Assembly (NCBI GenBank): GCA_041645495.1
Contig: JBAZPZ010000004.1
Span: 1-51,000 of the forward strand
Direction: 5' to 3'
DNA length: 51,000 bases
Source of the DNA: Fidelibacterota bacterium
Lineage (GTDB): Bacteria; Fidelibacterota; UBA2242
Shown here: one piece after another, positions 26,307-35,836 of the stretch
How positions within the stretch are numbered: position 1 is the stretch's first letter
Layout of the letters: every line of letters begins with the position of its first letter
Notes under the pieces: generated by a model
Databases searched by the model: none
What the model was told of the DNA's origin: nothing
What the model saw: the letters and a program-made list of their open reading frames with translations, nothing else
Made by a program: the position numbers and the translations under genes

Positions 26307-27062
26307 GTGAACGGATTCGTTTCACATATCGATGCAAGAGCCAAACTGATCTGGGCGATTCTGGGAGCGACGCTCGTCTTCCAAATCGACACCTGCGCCG
26401 GGCAAGCGCTATTTTTTGCGTTGTTCGGACTCGTTCTGCTTTGCATCGGAACGGATTTTCGCCGGTTGATCAAATCGATCCGCTATTTTCTGATCTTCCT
26501 GCCGCTGACTTTTGCGGTTCATCTCGTATTCACTGGCGGAATTCTCGGACTGTTAACCGGAAAACCGGGTGGAAACGTCGATCTGCAAATGCCGCTGATG
26601 TTCACGATCCGGATAGGCAATTTCCTGTTTTTGATGGCGTTCGTTTTTCAGTGGATCGGCGCCGTCGAAACGCTTGATTGCATTCACTGGTCGATCCGCC
26701 CGCTGAAAAGATTCGGAATTCGCACCGACGATCTGTTTCAGGTCGTCTTTATCGCCGTTCAGTTTTTCCCGATTGTTAAGGAAGAATACCGGCGACTCGA
26801 TCAGGGATGGCGGTCGTTCGTTTCTTCCGACACGAGTTCGGTGCGAAAACGAATTTTGCATGTTCGCGAACGGCTCATTCCGCTGATGATTTTTAGTTTT
26901 CGGAAAGCCGAAACACTTGCCGAAGCGATGGCCGTGCGCGGCTACGCCGGTCGTTCGGAGCGGTCATATTACGGGCAATTTGAATCGAAACCGATCGACG
27001 TAGCGCTCGCATGCGGATCGGCTGTCGTTTTGCTGATTTTAGTCGCTGGATTGCCGGTATGA
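26307..27062 (+). CDS. ecfT: Energy-coupling-factor transporter transmembrane component (EcfT/CbiQ family)
   Basis: 251 aa polytopic protein with a DARAKLIW N-terminus and C-terminal ...SFRKAETLAEAMAVRGY, which resembles the EcfT coupling-helix (Ala-Arg-Gly-type) motif. GTG start. Confidence 0.75.
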   Translation: MNGFVSHIDARAKLIWAILGATLVFQIDTCAGQALFFALFGLVLLCIGTDFRRLIKSIRYFLIFLPLTFAVHLVFTGGILGLLTGKPGGNVDLQMPLMFTIRIGNFLFLMAFVFQWIGAVETLDCIHWSIRPLKRFGIRTDDLFQVVFIAVQFFPIVKEEYRRLDQGWRSFVSSDTSSVRKRILHVRERLIPLMIFSFRKAETLAEAMAVRGYAGRSERSYYGQFESKPIDVALACGSAVVLLILVAGLPV

Positions 27063-27793
27063 TCAGACGATTCGCCATGGAAATTGAATACGACGGAACG
27101 AATTATTGCGGCTGGCAGAGACAGGCGAACGATCCGACGATTCAGGCGACGCTCGAAGATGCGCTATTGCCGCTCAATCGTCATCAGCCGGTCGTCGTGA
27201 TCGGCTCCGGGCGAACGGACAGCGGCGTTCATTCGACGGGACAGGTTGCGCATGTCGATTTGGATAACGAGTTGTCTGCGGAAACCGTCGAAAGGGCGTT
27301 GAACGCGACGATTCCCGATGATATTTGCGTTAAAAACTGCCGGGAAGTCGAAAAGGATTTTCATGCGCGGTTTTGGGCAAAACGCCGGACGTATGTCTAT
27401 TGGGTTTTATTGAAACCGGATATTTTTCGGCGAAAGTACGCATGGTTTCCCGGATTCGATTACGATCGCGAATTGCTGGATCGGTGCGCCGTTGAAGTAC
27501 TCGGCGAACACGATTTTACGCGGCTTTGCCTGACATCGACGAAGGCCGAAACCCGGATTTGTACGATTTTCGATTCCCGCTGGGAAACGACGAAAGAGAG
27601 CCTGACATACCAAATCGTCGGGAACCGTTTTTTGCATAGCATGGTCAGGATTTTAGTCGGGACAATGATGGAAATCGCCCGTGGGAAATACACCGTCGCG
27701 GAATTCAAAAATCTTCTTGATAATCCAAATGGCGGAGTGCAAGTTTACACCGCGCCGGCCAGAGGTCTTTTTCTGCAAGGCGTGCAATACTGA
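27059..27793 (+). CDS. truA: tRNA pseudouridine(38-40) synthase TruA
   Basis: MIRRFAMEIEYDGTNYCGWQRQ...GSGRTDSGVHSTGQVAHVD (catalytic Asp). ATG 27059 overlaps the ecfT stop (ATGA). Confidence 0.95.
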   Translation: MIRRFAMEIEYDGTNYCGWQRQANDPTIQATLEDALLPLNRHQPVVVIGSGRTDSGVHSTGQVAHVDLDNELSAETVERALNATIPDDICVKNCREVEKDFHARFWAKRRTYVYWVLLKPDIFRRKYAWFPGFDYDRELLDRCAVEVLGEHDFTRLCLTSTKAETRICTIFDSRWETTKESLTYQIVGNRFLHSMVRILVGTMMEIARGKYTVAEFKNLLDNPNGGVQVYTAPARGLFLQGVQY

Positions 27794-27794
27794 C

Positions 27795-27800
27795 AGGAGG
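27795..27800 (+). promoter_or_regulatory. Shine-Dalgarno site (AGGAGG) for tal
   Basis: AGGAGG lies 5 nt upstream of ATG 27806. Confidence 0.6.
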
Positions 27801-27805
27801 AAAAA

Positions 27806-28450
27806 ATGAAGTTGTTTATCGACACAGCCAATCTGGAAGAAATAAAAAAAGCCCAATCATGGGGAATTTTGGACGGTGTGACGACGAATCCGACGTTGTT
27901 GTCCAAAGAGAAGGGAAATTACCGCGAACTATTGAAATCGATTTGCGAAGTGGTTGACGGACCGGTCAGCGCCGAAGTTGTCGCTTTGGACGCGGCAGGC
28001 ATGGTGCGCGAAGCCAAAGAACTCGCGCCGATCGCCGAAAATATCGTCATCAAAATTCCGATGACGCTCGACGGACTCAAGGCGATCAAAGAACTGACCG
28101 CCGCCGGAATTCGCACCAACACGACGCTGGTTTTTTCTCCGCTTCAAGCCTTACTCGCGGCCAAAGCCGGAACGACGTATGTCAGCCCGTTTGTCGGCAG
28201 ATTGGACGACATTCATCAGGTCGGCATGGAATTGATCCAGCAGATCGCCACGATTTTCGATAATTACGGATTCACGACGGAAATCATCGTTGCCAGCATC
28301 CGCAATCCATTGCACATCGTCGATGCGGCTTTGATCGGAGCCGATATTTGCACGATCCCGTTTTCGGTCATGGAAAAAATGTCCAAACATCCGCTGACCG
28401 ATAAAGGAATCTCGACGTTTCTTGAAGATTGGAAAAAGGTCGAAAAGTGA
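27806..28450 (+). CDS. tal: Short-type transaldolase / fructose-6-phosphate aldolase
   Basis: 214 aa. [14 protein letters not shown]...GVTTNPTL...IKIPMT (Schiff-base Lys)...SPFVGRLDD. Confidence 0.9.
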   Translation: MKLFIDTANLEEIKKAQSWGILDGVTTNPTLLSKEKGNYRELLKSICEVVDGPVSAEVVALDAAGMVREAKELAPIAENIVIKIPMTLDGLKAIKELTAAGIRTNTTLVFSPLQALLAAKAGTTYVSPFVGRLDDIHQVGMELIQQIATIFDNYGFTTEIIVASIRNPLHIVDAALIGADICTIPFSVMEKMSKHPLTDKGISTFLEDWKKVEK

Positions 28451-29553
28451 ATAAATCAAAACTGATTACTTTTATTGTTATTTTGATGAGTCTGACGACG
28501 CTCGTCGCCGCTCCGAAACCGTCCGTTCAGGACGACATTACCGCATCGCGGCAGAATGCCATCACCCGGGCGATCGAAAAGGTCAGTCCGGCCGTCGCCG
28601 GAATTAACGTGACGGCAATTCAGGAATACGCCTCCAATCCGTTTTTAAACGACCCGTTCTGGAACCTGATGTTTCCCGAACAAATTCATCGCGAGCGTGT
28701 AAAAAGCGTCGGATCCGGCGTTGTGATCAGCGTGGACGGATTTGTCGTAACCAATGCGCATGTCGTCGAAAACGCCGAAGAGGTCGTCGTGACGCTCATG
28801 GGCGGGAAAGAGTACAAGGCGAAAATCATCGGCATCGATCAGGTTTCCGATCTGGCTCTGCTTCAAATCGAAGGCAATCAGTTTGCCTTTGCGAAGATGG
28901 GTTCGTCGGATGACGTGATCATCGGCGAATGGGTGATCGCGCTCGGAAATCCGTTCGGACTTTTCAATGTGAATTACAAACCGACGGCAACCGTTGGCAT
29001 CGTTTCCGGGACCAAATTGGATTTCGGACGACAGCAGACCGGAAAAGTCTATCAGGATATGATTCAGACGGACGCTTCGATCAATACCGGCAACAGCGGC
29101 GGACCGCTGGTGAACGCGGCCGGCGAGGTCATTGGCATCAACACGTTTATTTTTACCGGGAGCAATTACAGCGAAGGATCGATCGGCATCGGATTTGCCA
29201 TTCCGGTGAATCGCATCAAAACAATCGTCGCCGAAATGAAAAAAAGCGGTAACATCAATCGCAGTTTTAAAACCGGGCTTTCCGTCCAGAATATCGACAA
29301 ATTTCTCGCCAGTTATCTCAAACTACAGTCCAATTCGGGTGTCATTGTTACGCAAGTAGCACGCGGCAGTTCGGCATTTCGCGCCGGCATCAAAGTTGGT
29401 GACGTCATCACGCACGTCAACAAGCGAAAAATTGCACAGGATACGGACATCATCGCGGAAATTCAGGAGAATTACCTCAAAGTCGGCGATAAAATTCGGA
29501 TTAATTTCCTGCGCGGAAAGCAGGAGCAGGAAGTGGATCTGGTGCTGGAGTAA
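28447..29553 (+). CDS. HtrA/DegP-family (S1C) serine protease with one PDZ domain
   Basis: Catalytic triad contexts VTNAHVV, DLALLQ and GNSGGPL, with a C-terminal PDZ domain. Signal peptide [24 protein letters not shown] 28447 (GTGA overlap with tal) is preferred over 28429. Confidence 0.9.
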   Translation: MNKSKLITFIVILMSLTTLVAAPKPSVQDDITASRQNAITRAIEKVSPAVAGINVTAIQEYASNPFLNDPFWNLMFPEQIHRERVKSVGSGVVISVDGFVVTNAHVVENAEEVVVTLMGGKEYKAKIIGIDQVSDLALLQIEGNQFAFAKMGSSDDVIIGEWVIALGNPFGLFNVNYKPTATVGIVSGTKLDFGRQQTGKVYQDMIQTDASINTGNSGGPLVNAAGEVIGINTFIFTGSNYSEGSIGIGFAIPVNRIKTIVAEMKKSGNINRSFKTGLSVQNIDKFLASYLKLQSNSGVIVTQVARGSSAFRAGIKVGDVITHVNKRKIAQDTDIIAEIQENYLKVGDKIRINFLRGKQEQEVDLVLE

Positions 29554-29556
29554 ACG

Positions 29557-30855
29557 ATGATCGGACGATACACACGCGCTGAAATGGGAAAAATCTGGTC
29601 GGAACAACATAAGTTCGAGACCTGGTGGAAAGTCGAACTCGAAGTTTGTCGCGTCCAAAAAGAGCGCGGCGTGATTCCGGAATCCGCTTTCGCGGAAATC
29701 GAATCCGGAGCGAAGTTCGACATCGCCCGCATCGAAGAGATCGAGGCAACGGTCCGGCACGATGTAATCGCTTTTTTGACCAACATTTCTGAAAACGTCG
29801 GTGAGTCGGCGAGATTCATTCATCAGGGAATGACCTCATCCGACCTGCTCGATACTGCGCTGGCGATTCAGTTAAGCGACGCCGGCGAACTGATCCGCGC
29901 CGACCTGAAAAACCTGATCGACATTCTCGGCCGGCAGGCGATCCGATACAAACTGACGCCGATGATCGGCAGAACGCATGGAATTCACGCCGAACCGATT
30001 ACGTTCGGTCTTAAGTTTCTGATCTGGAAACAGGAATTACTACGGCATTTGCGGCGGTTCGAATTGGCCTTGACCGATGTGAAAGTCGGTAAAATTTCCG
30101 GAGCCGTCGGAACCTATCAGCATCTGGAGCCGGAAGTCGAACAAAAAGTTTGCAGGAATCTCGGACTTCAGCCGGCGCCGGTAAGCAACCAGATCGTTCA
30201 GCGCGATCGTCATGCATTTTTCGTGACTACGCTGGCGGTGATGGGCGCGAGTCTGGAAAAAATCGCCACCGAAATCCGGCATTTGCAGCGGACGGAAGTT
30301 TTGGAAGCGGAGGAATATTTTTCAAAAGGGCAAAAAGGCTCATCGGCGATGCCGCACAAACGGAATCCGATTCTATCCGAGCGGATTTGCGGCTTGGCGC
30401 GCTTGTTGCGCGGCTACGCGGTGACGGCGATGGAAAACGTTCCGCTTTGGCACGAACGCGACATTTCGCATTCTTCCGCCGAGCGGGTGATCCTTCCCGA
30501 CGCCTGCATTTGCGCCGATTTCATTCTCGGCGAAACCGCTCGCGTTCTCGATTCTTTGGTCGTCTATCCGGAAAACATGAAACGCAATCTCGAAAAAACC
30601 GGCGGACTGATCTTTTCACAGGAAGTTCTGCTCGCGCTTGTGAAAAAGGGAATGTCCCGGGAAGATGCCTATGCCGCGGTTCAAACGATCGCCATGGAGG
30701 TTTGGCAGAACGGCGGCGATTTTAAAAGAAAACTCTGCAAAGACGCCGTTGTGAGCGAACATTTGAGCGCCGCGGAATTGGATGAGTTATTCGATCTGAA
30801 AAAAGTGCTGTCACGGATCGAAGGAATTTTTCAACGACTTGAACATGAGGAATAA
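29557..30855 (+). CDS. purB: Adenylosuccinate lyase
   Basis: 432 aa. MIGRYTRAEM..., GMTSSD, and GSSAMPHKRNP (fumarate-lyase signature). Confidence 0.95.
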   Translation: MIGRYTRAEMGKIWSEQHKFETWWKVELEVCRVQKERGVIPESAFAEIESGAKFDIARIEEIEATVRHDVIAFLTNISENVGESARFIHQGMTSSDLLDTALAIQLSDAGELIRADLKNLIDILGRQAIRYKLTPMIGRTHGIHAEPITFGLKFLIWKQELLRHLRRFELALTDVKVGKISGAVGTYQHLEPEVEQKVCRNLGLQPAPVSNQIVQRDRHAFFVTTLAVMGASLEKIATEIRHLQRTEVLEAEEYFSKGQKGSSAMPHKRNPILSERICGLARLLRGYAVTAMENVPLWHERDISHSSAERVILPDACICADFILGETARVLDSLVVYPENMKRNLEKTGGLIFSQEVLLALVKKGMSREDAYAAVQTIAMEVWQNGGDFKRKLCKDAVVSEHLSAAELDELFDLKKVLSRIEGIFQRLEHEE

Positions 30856-30856
30856 T

Positions 30857-31570
30857 ATGCAAAAGGGTAAAGCGCTTTACGAAGGCAAAGCCAAGATTAT
30901 TTATGAGATAGACGATCCAACTCTTGTCATTCAATATTTCAAAGACGACGCGACCGCATTCAACGGAATCAAAAAAGGGCAGATCGTCGGAAAAGGCGTC
31001 GCCAATACCGCGATCAGTTCGATGTTGTTCGAATTGCTCGAAAAGAACGGCGTCGAAACGCATTTTGTCCGGCAGATTTCCGATAACGAAATGCTGGTCA
31101 AAAAAGTCCAAATCGTGCCGGTGGAACTCGTTGTCCGAAACATCTCGACCGGCAGTCTCTGCAAACGGTACGGCGTCAAGGAAGGAATCGTATTCAAATC
31201 GCCGATCGTCGAATGCTACTTAAAAAACGATGCGCTCAACGATCCGCTGATGAACGACGATCACATCCTCGCGCTCGAAATTGCGAAGGCTGAAGAACTG
31301 TCCGCCATGAAGCGGAGCGCGCTGAAAATCAACGAAATTTTAAAGGTATTTTTCGACTCGATTGGCGTAAATTTGGTCGATTTTAAACTGGAATTCGGAC
31401 GTTACCAGGATCGGATTTTACTTGCAGATGAAATTTCGCCGGATACCTGCCGGTTTTGGGAAAAAGGAACAAACCGGAAACTCGATAAAGACCGGTTTCG
31501 CCTTGACCTTGGCGACGTCGAATCCACTTATAAAGAGATGTGGAAACGGATTGTCGGAGAGAAAAAATGA
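30857..31570 (+). CDS. purC: Phosphoribosylaminoimidazole-succinocarboxamide synthase
   Basis: MQKGKALYEGKAKIIYE..., LVDFKLEFG, and ADEISPDTCRFW. ATG 30857 lies 1 nt after the purB stop. Confidence 0.95.
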   Translation: MQKGKALYEGKAKIIYEIDDPTLVIQYFKDDATAFNGIKKGQIVGKGVANTAISSMLFELLEKNGVETHFVRQISDNEMLVKKVQIVPVELVVRNISTGSLCKRYGVKEGIVFKSPIVECYLKNDALNDPLMNDDHILALEIAKAEELSAMKRSALKINEILKVFFDSIGVNLVDFKLEFGRYQDRILLADEISPDTCRFWEKGTNRKLDKDRFRLDLGDVESTYKEMWKRIVGEKK

Positions 31571-32205
31571 TTAGAAAAGAAGGCGCGAAAATACTCGTTC
31601 CGACATTTTTCATTAGCTTCATCCTGCTCATGCTTTCTTTGCGGCCGGGTTGGGGCGTGCTCTGGATTCTGTTCTGGTGCGCTTTCGGCTTTTTCCTGTT
31701 TTCACTTTGGTTTTTCCGTGACCCGAATCGGCTGATTCCGGACGATCCGAACGCGATCGTCTGCCCGGCGGATGGAAAAGTCATTTCGATCCAAGAGATC
31801 GAAGACGCGTTTGTGGGAAAATGCACACGGGTCGCCATTTTTATGTCGGTCGTCAGCGTTCACGTCAACCGCGTTCCGATCAGTGGCGTCGTGAAAAACG
31901 TCGAATATATTCACGGAAAATTTTTATCCGCGTTCAAGCCGGAAACATCGCTGGAAAATGAACGAAACGCCATTTCGATCGAGAACGAACGGTTGCGGAT
32001 CAAGGTTGTCCAGATCGCCGGAATCGTTGCCCGGCGTATCATTTCCTATATTGTCGTCGGCGATGAATTAAAACGCGGCGAACGTTTTGGCATGATTCAA
32101 TTCGGCAGTCGCGTTGAGCTGTTCGTTCCGCCGATCGTCCGCATCTGCGTCCGACCCGGCGAAAAAGTCACCAGCGGTGAAACTATCATTGGAGAAATTT
32201 TATGA
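31567..32205 (+). CDS. psd: Phosphatidylserine decarboxylase (short type)
   Basis: About 212 aa with two N-terminal TM helices and the self-cleavage motif FGSR in ...GMIQFGSRVELF. ATGA overlap with purC. Confidence 0.85.
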   Translation: MIRKEGAKILVPTFFISFILLMLSLRPGWGVLWILFWCAFGFFLFSLWFFRDPNRLIPDDPNAIVCPADGKVISIQEIEDAFVGKCTRVAIFMSVVSVHVNRVPISGVVKNVEYIHGKFLSAFKPETSLENERNAISIENERLRIKVVQIAGIVARRIISYIVVGDELKRGERFGMIQFGSRVELFVPPIVRICVRPGEKVTSGETIIGEIL

Positions 32206-32930
32206 GATTTAGAAAATCCATTCCGAGCATTTTTACGATCTTCAACATGTTCTCGGGGTTTCTGGCAATTCTTCAGATTTTTCAGGGGCATTACATCACG
32301 GCGGTGATGTTGATCATTCTGGCATTCATTTTCGACGGGCTCGACGGAAAAGTTGCCCGCTTGTTGCAACAACAGTCGGATTTCGGCATCGAGTTCGATT
32401 CGCTGGCCGACATCATTTCCTTCTGCGCCGCTCCGGCCATTCTAGTACACGACTTGTACGTGGCCGATCTTGGAGTCGTCGGCGCGATCATCAGTTTCTT
32501 TCCGCTTCTATTCGGCGGATTGCGGTTGGCGCGGTTCAACCTTCATGCGACGTACGTCAAGAATCCTTATTTTTCCGGTTTACCTGTCCCGGCGAGCGCT
32601 TTGACGATTGGCTCATTTGTGTGGTTCAATTATGTACTGTTCGGCAATTACGGCGATTCCAAGATCGCTTTACCGATGGTGATCGTTATCTCGTTTCTGA
32701 TGGTGAGCAACATTCGTTTCAGCGCGACGATGACGATGTCCTTTACCAAAGGATTGTTCATTTCCATCCGGACGGCGTCGATCATCCTGCTGGCTTTGGC
32801 GGCGCTGATTTTTCAGGGATATGCGGTTTTCCCGATCATGTTCATGTTCATTGTGACGCACTTATTGATGTGGCTCGTCGGGTACGAAGAGCCGCGTGTG
32901 CATTTTTCGCTCCGAAGAAAGGACAGATAA
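32202..32930 (+). CDS. pssA: CDP-diacylglycerol-serine O-phosphatidyltransferase
   Basis: CDP-alcohol phosphatidyltransferase motif DGLDGKVARLLQQQSDFGIEFDSLAD. Polytopic membrane protein with an ATGA overlap with psd. Confidence 0.9.
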   Translation: MRFRKSIPSIFTIFNMFSGFLAILQIFQGHYITAVMLIILAFIFDGLDGKVARLLQQQSDFGIEFDSLADIISFCAAPAILVHDLYVADLGVVGAIISFFPLLFGGLRLARFNLHATYVKNPYFSGLPVPASALTIGSFVWFNYVLFGNYGDSKIALPMVIVISFLMVSNIRFSATMTMSFTKGLFISIRTASIILLALAALIFQGYAVFPIMFMFIVTHLLMWLVGYEEPRVHFSLRRKDR

Positions 32931-32933
32931 ATT

Positions 32934-33191
32934 ATGTGGAAGGCTAAAGTCGTTGTCACGTACAAGCCGGGAATTCTCGACCCGGAAGCCAAAACCATTC
33001 ATCATGCGTTGGTTTCGCTCGGATATACCGATTTCAAAAACGTCGAAACAGGCAAATATTTTCAACTGACTTTTAAAGAAAAAATGACTCGCGATCAAGC
33101 GGAAACCGTCGCACGTGAAGCCTGCGATAAATTGCTCTCGAATCCGGTCATCCAGAAATACACGTACGAAATGACGGAGGTTTCCGAATGA
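32934..33191 (+). CDS. purS: Phosphoribosylformylglycinamidine synthase subunit PurS
   Basis: 85 aa. [27 protein letters not shown] is typical of PurS. Confidence 0.9.
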   Translation: MWKAKVVVTYKPGILDPEAKTIHHALVSLGYTDFKNVETGKYFQLTFKEKMTRDQAETVAREACDKLLSNPVIQKYTYEMTEVSE

Positions 33192-33874
33192 AATTCGGAG
33201 TCGTCGTATTTCCCGGGTCGAACTGCGATCATGATGCCTATCATGTTCTCAAGAAAGTCCTGGACGCGAACGTCGATTATATCTGGCACAAGGATCGGTC
33301 GCTTCGTATGTTTGACGTGATCGTTTTACCGGGCGGATTTTCATACGGCGATTATCTGCGCGCCGGAGCCTTGGCGCGGTTTTCTCCCATTTTGCAGGAA
33401 ATCATCCAATTTGCCGAACACGGCGGATTTCTGATCGGAATCTGCAATGGTTTCCAGATTTTGGTCGAAGCGGGACTTCTGCCGGGTGCGCTGATCGCCA
33501 ACGATCACATGCGTTTTCGCTGTCAGGACGTCTTTCTGAAAGTCAAGACAACAAGCAACCGGTTTTGTGGATTGTATCGCCCCGGACAGGTCTTGAAAAT
33601 GCCGATAGCTCATTACAGCGGGAATTATTTTGCCGACGAATCGACACTGAAAGAATTGCAGGATAAAGACCGGATCGTCTTTCAGTATTGCAATTCGATC
33701 GGAGAAGTATCGGAAGAATCGAATCCGAACGGTTCGCTGATGAACATCGCCGGAATCGTCAACCCGAATAAAAACGTACTGGGGATGATGCCGCATCCGG
33801 AGCGGGCGGCGGAAAAAATCCTCGGTTCCGACGACGGTTTGCAAATTTTTAAATCTTTTTTAGGAAAGAACTGA
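33188..33874 (+). CDS. purQ: Phosphoribosylformylglycinamidine synthase glutaminase subunit PurQ
   Basis: [16 protein letters not shown]..., GICNGFQ (catalytic Cys), and [11 protein letters not shown] overlap with purS. Confidence 0.95.
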   Translation: MKFGVVVFPGSNCDHDAYHVLKKVLDANVDYIWHKDRSLRMFDVIVLPGGFSYGDYLRAGALARFSPILQEIIQFAEHGGFLIGICNGFQILVEAGLLPGALIANDHMRFRCQDVFLKVKTTSNRFCGLYRPGQVLKMPIAHYSGNYFADESTLKELQDKDRIVFQYCNSIGEVSEESNPNGSLMNIAGIVNPNKNVLGMMPHPERAAEKILGSDDGLQIFKSFLGKN

Positions 33875-33875
33875 G

Positions 33876-34151
33876 ATGGAAAAATCCCGGAAAAAATTGG
33901 CTTTGGTTTTCGTACTGGGAGTTTTATTGCTGGGCGCAATGCTTGGCTCGCTATGCGGAGAACTGATCAAATCGGCTCTGCCGGAAGGCGTGGTCAAAGA
34001 GGTTCTCCTTCGGTCGATCGATATTTCGCTCGGACCGGGAATTCTGGATCTTGTCATGTTTTCGATCACGCTGGGATTCACCCTCAAATTTAATTTAATC
34101 GGATTGGTAGGATTGGCTGTCGCCTACTATCTTATCAGGTTTTGGAGATAG
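33876..34151 (+). CDS. Small membrane protein (DUF4321-like)
   Basis: 91 aa with two hydrophobic helices. Its size and pattern resemble DUF4321 proteins. Recognised from memory only. Confidence 0.5.
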   Translation: MEKSRKKLALVFVLGVLLLGAMLGSLCGELIKSALPEGVVKEVLLRSIDISLGPGILDLVMFSITLGFTLKFNLIGLVGLAVAYYLIRFWR

Positions 34152-34156
34152 CCGTC

Positions 34157-34162
34157 AGGAGG
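34157..34162 (+). promoter_or_regulatory. Shine-Dalgarno site (AGGAGG) for tatA
   Basis: AGGAGG lies 4 nt upstream of ATG 34167. Confidence 0.6.
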
Positions 34163-34166
34163 AATC

Positions 34167-34433
34167 ATGGGTAATTTAGGTTTCAGTGAAATTTTATTAA
34201 TATTCTTGGCATTTTTAATTCTGTTTGGCGCGAAAAAGTTACCGGAGTTTGCCAAGAGTCTGGGTAAATCGCTGAGAGAATTCAAGAAAGCCACCAGCGA
34301 TATTCAGGATGAGATCGAGAGCGCCTCGACCACTGCGCAGAAACCGGTCGAAACCAAGAAATTCGATTCTGTCAAAGAAACACCGAAGGACACAACTTCA
34401 GGGAAATCGGATCAGCCGGAAATTCAAGGATAA
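34167..34433 (+). CDS. tatA: Twin-arginine translocase subunit TatA/E
   Basis: ILLIFLAFLILFGAKKLPEFAKSLGKSLREFKKA is the canonical TatA TM plus amphipathic helix. Confidence 0.9.
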   Translation: MGNLGFSEILLIFLAFLILFGAKKLPEFAKSLGKSLREFKKATSDIQDEIESASTTAQKPVETKKFDSVKETPKDTTSGKSDQPEIQG

Positions 34434-35821
34434 TGCCGGTGAAAATAGACTCGTTGATCCAACGCGCGGAATCCATTGTCGCGCGCGTCAGTAAAGATAA
34501 TCCGTATCACGCGTTTCTTTCGATTCTGCCGGACGTTGACGAGCGCGCCCGGCAGATCGAAAGCAAAATACAATCGCAGACTTCCGGCAGTCTCGGCGGA
34601 TTGATCGTCGCCGTCAAGGATAATATTTCGGTTAGCGGCGTTCCGACGACCTGCGGCTCGGCCATCCTGAAAAATTACATTCCACCCTACGATGCGACAG
34701 TTGTAAAGAAAATCCTCGCGCAGGACGGTCTGATTATTGGAAAAACCAACATGGATGAGTTCGCGATGGGCTCATCAACCGAACATTCCGCGTTCGGAAC
34801 GGTTCGGAATCCAGTCGATGAAACGCGCGTCCCGGGCGGATCGAGCGGCGGTTCGGCCGCGGCTGTTGCAGGCGGTTTGGCTGACGTGGCGCTCGGTTCC
34901 GACACCGGCGGTTCCATTCGCCAACCGGCGGCTTTTTGCGGAATCGTCGGCATCAAACCGACATACGGACGCGTCTCGCGGTACGGATTGGTTGCCTTTG
35001 CATCGTCATTAGACCAGATCGGCGTCTTTTCAAAACGCATCGAAGACACGGCAAAATTATTGACCGTCATTTCCGGCGTCGATCCGAACGATTCGACCTC
35101 TTCCGATACGCCGGTTCCCGATTACTCGGCCGGTTTGGGAAAAGAGATACGCGGTCTTCGCGTCGGAATTCCGAAGGAATATCTGTCCGAAGGTTTAAAC
35201 GACGAAATTCGTCAAAGAATTGAAAAATGCGTCGAATTTTTTAAATATTCCGGCGCCGAGATTGTTCCGGTTTCTCTGCCTCATACACCTTATGCTATTG
35301 CAACCTATTACATCATCGCGACGGCAGAAGCCTCTTCCAATCTTGCCCGGTACGACGGAATCCGCTATGGACTGAGCAAACGCGGCGGCGACCTCGAATC
35401 CGTTTACCGGGAAACTCGCGCGGAAGGCTTCGGCGACGAAGTCACACGCCGAATCATGCTGGGAACGTACGTGCTTTCAGCCGGCTACTACGACGCTTAT
35501 TACGACAAGGCTCAGCGCGTCCGCAGGCTGATCAAAGAAGATTTCGTGAACGCTTTTCGTCAGGTCGATTTTCTGTTCACACCGCCGACACCAACGACCG
35601 CTTTTCCGATCGGCGGCAAAATCGAAGACCCGTTGGCGATGTACCTCAGTGACGTTTATACGGTTCCGGCAAGTCTTGCCGGCGTTCCCGCCATCAGCGT
35701 TCCGCTCGGAAACGCTTCAGACGGTCTGCCGATCGGCGGCCAGATCATCGGCAACTATTTCGATGAGGAAACAATTTTACAGGTCGGTCATTATATTGAA
35801 CGAAATTTTTCGCTGAATTAA
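34433..35821 (+). CDS. gatA: Asp-tRNA(Asn)/Glu-tRNA(Gln) amidotransferase subunit A
   Basis: Amidase signature GGSSGGSAAAVAGGLADVALGSDTGGSIRQPAAFCG. 462 aa. Confidence 0.95.
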   Translation: MPVKIDSLIQRAESIVARVSKDNPYHAFLSILPDVDERARQIESKIQSQTSGSLGGLIVAVKDNISVSGVPTTCGSAILKNYIPPYDATVVKKILAQDGLIIGKTNMDEFAMGSSTEHSAFGTVRNPVDETRVPGGSSGGSAAAVAGGLADVALGSDTGGSIRQPAAFCGIVGIKPTYGRVSRYGLVAFASSLDQIGVFSKRIEDTAKLLTVISGVDPNDSTSSDTPVPDYSAGLGKEIRGLRVGIPKEYLSEGLNDEIRQRIEKCVEFFKYSGAEIVPVSLPHTPYAIATYYIIATAEASSNLARYDGIRYGLSKRGGDLESVYRETRAEGFGDEVTRRIMLGTYVLSAGYYDAYYDKAQRVRRLIKEDFVNAFRQVDFLFTPPTPTTAFPIGGKIEDPLAMYLSDVYTVPASLAGVPAISVPLGNASDGLPIGGQIIGNYFDEETILQVGHYIERNFSLN

Positions 35822-35836
35822 CTGACATTCGAGTTT

